DNA of 64,000 nucleotides from Nitrospirota bacterium (GTDB lineage Bacteria; Nitrospirota; Thermodesulfovibrionia; Thermodesulfovibrionales; JdFR-86): NCBI GenBank assembly GCA_963721805.1, contig CAVRJY010000001.1, positions 896,001 to 960,000 of the forward strand, read 5' to 3'. Shown piece by piece: positions 59,915 to 64,000 of this stretch (position 1 is its first letter; each line of letters starts with the position of its first letter). The notes under the pieces were generated by a model. It saw only the letters and a program-made list of their open reading frames with translations, ran no database searches and was not told where the DNA came from. The position numbers and the translations under genes were made by a program.

Positions 59915-62365
59915 ATGCATACATATCCCATAGACGAGGCGCTGCCGGAACTCATAAGAGAATTCGGCCACGCACGCGCGGCGGTGCTCCATGCCCCGCC
60001 CGGCGCCGGAAAGACCACGCGCGTACCGCTGGCGCTGATGGATATGCCTGGACGCATTGTAATGTTAGAGCCCCGGAGGCTCGCCGCGACGAACGCGGCG
60101 CGCTGGATGGCCGCGTCGCTCGGCGAGCAGGCCGGGGAGACCGTGGGCTATACGATCAGGTTCGAGCGACGCGTATCGGAACGCACGCGCATAGAGATAG
60201 TCACAGAGGGGATACTTACGAGGCGGATGCAGTCGGACCCCGCGCTCGAGGGCGTCTCGGTCGTGATATTCGACGAGTTCCACGAACGCGGCCTGAACAC
60301 CGACCTCGGCCTCGCGCTCTGCCTCGATATCCGGCGCAACCTGCGCCCTGAGCTCGGCATACTCGTGATGTCAGCAACGCTCGATTGCGGCCCGGTCGCG
60401 GAGCTCCTTGGAGGCGCGCCTGTGATCACCTCTGAAGGCCGGGCGTATGCGGTCGAGGAGCGCTATATCACGGAGCGGCCCGATCAGCGCGGGCGGCAGC
60501 TATCGGCGCGCGTGGCCGATGCGGTGAGGATAGCTATTAAGGAGACGACGGGCGATATCCTCGTGTTCCTGCCCGGCGCGGCCGATATACGCGCGGCCGC
60601 GCGCGAGCTAGGTAACATAAACGATATCGCGGTACATCAGTTATATGGCGAGATGCCGTTTGAGGCCCAGGAGCGTGCGATCATGCCCTCGGAGATGCGG
60701 CGCGTCGTGCTCGCAACCAACATCGCAGAGACGAGCCTGACGATCGAGGGCGTAAGAGTCGTTATTGATACGGGCCTCGAGCGCAGGATGCGTCACGACC
60801 CTTCAAGCGGGCTAAGCAGGCTCGTGACGGCCGGGATCTCGCGCGCATCGGCCGTGCAACGAGCAGGCCGCGCCGGGAGGCTCGGGCCGGGCGTATGCTA
60901 CAGGCTATACGGACGCAACGTGTTTGACGGGATGGTGCCCCACTCGCCGCCTGAGATCACGACCGCCGACCTCTCGGGGCTCTGCCTGGAGCTTGCGGCG
61001 TGGGGAGTGCATGACCCTTCAGGGCTTCGGTGGCTCGATGCGCCGCCAGAGGCCTCATGGAAGGCCGCGCGTGAGTTGCTGATCGACCTTGGCGCGATAG
61101 ACGCTGCCGGCGCGCCGACTAAGTACGGCAGGGCGATGGCGAGGCTCCCGCTGCACCCCCGGCTCGCGCGCATGCTCGTCAGGGCCGGTGAGCTCGGGAT
61201 TACACGTCTGGGGGCAGACCTCGCGGCGCTGCTAAGTGAGCGCGACATCCTGCGCGTTGAGGCGGATATATCGACGAGGCTCGACGCCCTGAGGCGGGGC
61301 GCGGGGGATGAGGCCGCTGTTCGGGCGGTTAAACGCGCCGCGGCCCAGATAGCGTCGATCGTCGGGGCAGAGGGCGGGACGCAGTTACCCCCGTATGACC
61401 ATGCTGACATTGCGAGGCTGCTACTCGATGCATTCCCGGACCGTCTCGGTGCGGGGCAGGGCGGGGGCCGTTTCGTGCTTACCGGAGGCATGGGCGTGAA
61501 GATGCCCGAGACAAGCCCTCTTGCGCGTGAGCCCTATATCGTAGCGGTCAACCTCGATGCCGGAGGCGCTGGCGACGGCAGGGTGCACATGGCCGAGGCC
61601 GTGGACGAGGCGCTCATACTCGATGAGCTATGGGCGCGGATAGAGCGTCCGAGGCGGCTGGAGTGGGACAGGCGCGAGGGCAGGATCGCCGCGTTTAAAG
61701 AGGAACGCATCGGCGCGGTCGTGCTCTCGTCGGTGCGCTTCACACCCGATGACGACGAGGCCGCACCGATACTGGACGAGGCCGTGCGGCTCGATCACGA
61801 TCTGATAAAATTCAGCGATTCCGCCCGGCAGCTGCAGGGCCGTGTTGCTATGCTCAGGCGGCTGTTTCCGGAGTCCGACTGGCCCGATCTCTCTGACAGC
61901 GCGCTGTTTGCCGAACCGCTTAAGTGGCTTGGGCAATGGGTTTCGGGCGTGCGCACCGCAGCCGGGCTTCGCGGCCTTAACATGCACGAGGTACTGCTAG
62001 GGCTGCTCGCGTGGGAGCAGCGCCGTGAGCTGGATAGGCTTGCGCCCACGCATATCGCGGTGCCGAGCGGCCGGAGCCACGCCCTCGATTACGCATCGGG
62101 CGATACCCCTGTTCTGAGCGTGAAGCTCCAGGAGATGTTCGGGCTCGCGGATACGCCTACAGTGGCCGCGGGGATCGTGAAGGTGCTGCTCTACCTGCTC
62201 TCTCCGGCCAACCGTCCGGTGCAGATAACGACCGACTTGAAGGGGTTTTGGGATACCAGCTACGAGATGGTGAAGAAGGACCTGCGGGGCCGCTACCCGA
62301 AGCACCCCTGGCCGGACGACCCGTGGGGCGCCGCGCCTACCGCGCGGACGAAGCGCAAGCCCTAG
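59915..62365 (+). CDS. hrpB: ATP-dependent helicase HrpB
   Basis: APPGAGKTT, DEFHER, MSAT, ATNIAETSLT, QRAGRAGR and RGRYPKHPWP motifs. Confidence 0.96.
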   Translation: MHTYPIDEALPELIREFGHARAAVLHAPPGAGKTTRVPLALMDMPGRIVMLEPRRLAATNAARWMAASLGEQAGETVGYTIRFERRVSERTRIEIVTEGILTRRMQSDPALEGVSVVIFDEFHERGLNTDLGLALCLDIRRNLRPELGILVMSATLDCGPVAELLGGAPVITSEGRAYAVEERYITERPDQRGRQLSARVADAVRIAIKETTGDILVFLPGAADIRAAARELGNINDIAVHQLYGEMPFEAQERAIMPSEMRRVVLATNIAETSLTIEGVRVVIDTGLERRMRHDPSSGLSRLVTAGISRASAVQRAGRAGRLGPGVCYRLYGRNVFDGMVPHSPPEITTADLSGLCLELAAWGVHDPSGLRWLDAPPEASWKAARELLIDLGAIDAAGAPTKYGRAMARLPLHPRLARMLVRAGELGITRLGADLAALLSERDILRVEADISTRLDALRRGAGDEAAVRAVKRAAAQIASIVGAEGGTQLPPYDHADIARLLLDAFPDRLGAGQGGGRFVLTGGMGVKMPETSPLAREPYIVAVNLDAGGAGDGRVHMAEAVDEALILDELWARIERPRRLEWDRREGRIAAFKEERIGAVVLSSVRFTPDDDEAAPILDEAVRLDHDLIKFSDSARQLQGRVAMLRRLFPESDWPDLSDSALFAEPLKWLGQWVSGVRTAAGLRGLNMHEVLLGLLAWEQRRELDRLAPTHIAVPSGRSHALDYASGDTPVLSVKLQEMFGLADTPTVAAGIVKVLLYLLSPANRPVQITTDLKGFWDTSYEMVKKDLRGRYPKHPWPDDPWGAAPTARTKRKP

Positions 62366-63132
62366 GGTATCTTCAGCCCGTCGAGGATCCCGAAGACCGC
62401 GCTTACGGCCGCAGAGTCCTCCGGGAGGTCGAACACTGCCTTGCCCTTTAGATCATACTCGAATATCTGCTGGTCCTGCGGCACGATGCCCGTGACTTGC
62501 AGCCCCTTGCTCTCGGTGTATGCGATGAGCTCCGGTGTCTCGCCTCCGGCCACGCGGTTGATGATGACCGCGCGCTGCTTGACGTCCAAGGCCAGCTCGT
62601 CCACCAGCGCATTAATGCGCGCCGCGGTCTGAAGCCCGCGCGTCGTGGGGTCGCTGACTATCAGCAATAAATCGACCGCGTGGGTCGTGCGCCTCGATAG
62701 GTGCTCCATCCCGGCCTCGTTGTCGATGACCACGTAGGCGTATTTCTCTGAGAGTATGTCCGTGTACTTGCGGATGATGTTGTTGGCCCCGCAGTAGCAG
62801 CCCGGCCCCTCGGGCCGCCCCATCACCATGAGGTCAAACCCGCTGGCCTCGACCAGGGATTGCTGCACCTGATAGTCGAAGAGCTGCTCCATGCTCATCC
62901 CGCCGGGGCGCTCGCCGCCTCCGCGCACGGCCTGCATCGAGACCTCTCTAAGCCCGCCTATCGTGGCATGCACCTCTAGGCCGAGCGCCTCGTTCAGGCA
63001 GGCGTTAGAGTCCGCGTCGACCGCGAGCACGGGCCCGCGCTTTCTGTTGACGAGATACCGCACCGCGAGCGCCGATATGCTTGTCTTTCCGGTGCCGCCC
63101 TTTCCGGCCAATGCTACGACGTATGCGGACAT
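62362..63132 (-). CDS. cooC: CooC/AcsF-type nickel-insertion ATPase
   Basis: GKGGTGKT, GPGCYC (CxC) and DNEAGMEHLSR motifs. Confidence 0.85.
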   Translation of the reverse strand: MSAYVVALAGKGGTGKTSISALAVRYLVNRKRGPVLAVDADSNACLNEALGLEVHATIGGLREVSMQAVRGGGERPGGMSMEQLFDYQVQQSLVEASGFDLMVMGRPEGPGCYCGANNIIRKYTDILSEKYAYVVIDNEAGMEHLSRRTTHAVDLLLIVSDPTTRGLQTAARINALVDELALDVKQRAVIINRVAGGETPELIAYTESKGLQVTGIVPQDQQIFEYDLKGKAVFDLPEDSAAVSAVFGILDGLKIP

Positions 63133-63133
63133 C

Positions 63134-63877
63134 TTATTTCTTGACCTCTTTCTTAACTCCGTAACGCTTGCGCACCTCCGCGACCTTGCCGCACGAGTAT
63201 TCGCCCTCTGGGCATGGGTGATATAGGCATCCCGGCCCTGCGTGCTCGAAGATCACCGGAGCGGCCTTCTTTGCGAGGGCGAGCATGCGCTCGGCCATCG
63301 CGCGGATCTCCCACTGGGCGCGGTTGCAGCAGCGCTGGTGGAAGAAGTGCAGGAGTTCGCGCGCGTTCATCGTGACGATGATCTTGGTCTCGGCCGCGTT
63401 AGGGAGCGCGAAACGCGCGTCCTGATTGGCGGCCTCGCCCTTTATCCCGGCCTCGTTAAGCCCGGTCACGAGTGCGTTATACGCCTCTTGCGCCGAGGCC
63501 ATATTAGCGTGGAAGAGCTTTAGGAGCTTCTTGTCGGCCTTTATAGTAGGGGGCACGATATAGTCGAAGCCCTCGGACTCGTTGACGTAGCGCTGCGACT
63601 GCTGGGAGTATGACGCGAGGCGGTGGCGCACGAGCTGGTGCGAGCAAGCGCGAGAGATGCCCTCTATAGCGAAGGTGAACGAGGCGTGCTCTATCGGGCT
63701 TTGGTGGCCCATGCGCATCAGGCGGCGGACGAACTCGTGCTGGTCCTTGGCCGCGATCTTGCCGTTGAGTGTCTCGATATCGGTGGGGCTGTAGCAGAGC
63801 TTCGCGGCCATTGCCACGGTGCCCTCGGGCTCTGGCGTGTGGCGAAGCAATAAGACTTTTAACTTTGCCTCTTTCAT
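63134..63877 (-). CDS. thyX: FAD-dependent thymidylate synthase
   Basis: [28 protein letters not shown] and AQWEIR motifs. Confidence 0.97.
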   Translation of the reverse strand: MKEAKLKVLLLRHTPEPEGTVAMAAKLCYSPTDIETLNGKIAAKDQHEFVRRLMRMGHQSPIEHASFTFAIEGISRACSHQLVRHRLASYSQQSQRYVNESEGFDYIVPPTIKADKKLLKLFHANMASAQEAYNALVTGLNEAGIKGEAANQDARFALPNAAETKIIVTMNARELLHFFHQRCCNRAQWEIRAMAERMLALAKKAAPVIFEHAGPGCLYHPCPEGEYSCGKVAEVRKRYGVKKEVKK

Positions 63878-64000
63878 TTGAAGCTCTCTCCTTCGGAAGG
63901 AAAATTCCCGTCTTCGACATCTTTTATGTATGCGCGCACCGCGTCGAGCGCGGGCTGCTTGAGATTGGCGTATTTGCGGACGAACTTCGGCGTGAAGCGG
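63874..64000 (-). CDS. panB: 3' end of ketopantoate hydroxymethyltransferase (partial)
   Basis: [13 protein letters not shown]...[19 protein letters not shown] then stop; ATGA overlap with thyX. Confidence 0.85.
   Translation of the reverse strand, partial: RFTPKFVRKYANLKQPALDAVRAYIKDVEDGNFPSEGESFK

Overview
A GC-rich bacterial chromosomal segment. Gene content (CooC/AcsF, ferredoxin-fused ETF, thyX, sigma-54 signalling) suggests an anaerobe of the Nitrospirota or Desulfobacterota type, which is inference only. Housekeeping genes flank the window: hisB, hisC, etfBA, fabD, leuD, leuB and ygiD on the left, and hrpB, cooC/acsF, thyX and the panB 3' end on the right. Between them lies about 49 kb of accessory DNA: (1) an IS481 remnant and tRNA-Leu(TAG), followed by a 2.2-kb islet bounded by a duplicated tRNA 5' half and carrying an orphan Rhs core, a glycine-zipper C-terminal domain and an AT-rich polytopic membrane protein; (2) a glycosyltransferase, radical-SAM and sulfotransferase cluster; (3) an EF-hand, Spy and BaeSR-like module sharing a 20-bp motif; (4) an ACF (Wsp/Frz-like) chemosensory operon ending in an HD-GYP output; (5) a TetR-EmrAB efflux unit; (6) a B12 radical SAM gene with a deacetylase; (7) a second, F8-like chemosensory operon behind a sigma-54 promoter, directly downstream of a PAS5-GGDEF-EAL, GAF kinase and enhancer-binding protein operon. 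Operon (7) encodes two Cys-rich putative metal/Fe-S sensors and a 13-codon probable scar where cheD would sit. The best candidates for new biology are that sigma-54/Cys-sensor chemosensory and c-di-GMP circuit and the Rhs toxin/membrane-immunity islet. Eight breaks in seven genes are all net +1 insertions, most likely long-read consensus errors. No database searches were run; family calls rest on recognised motifs.
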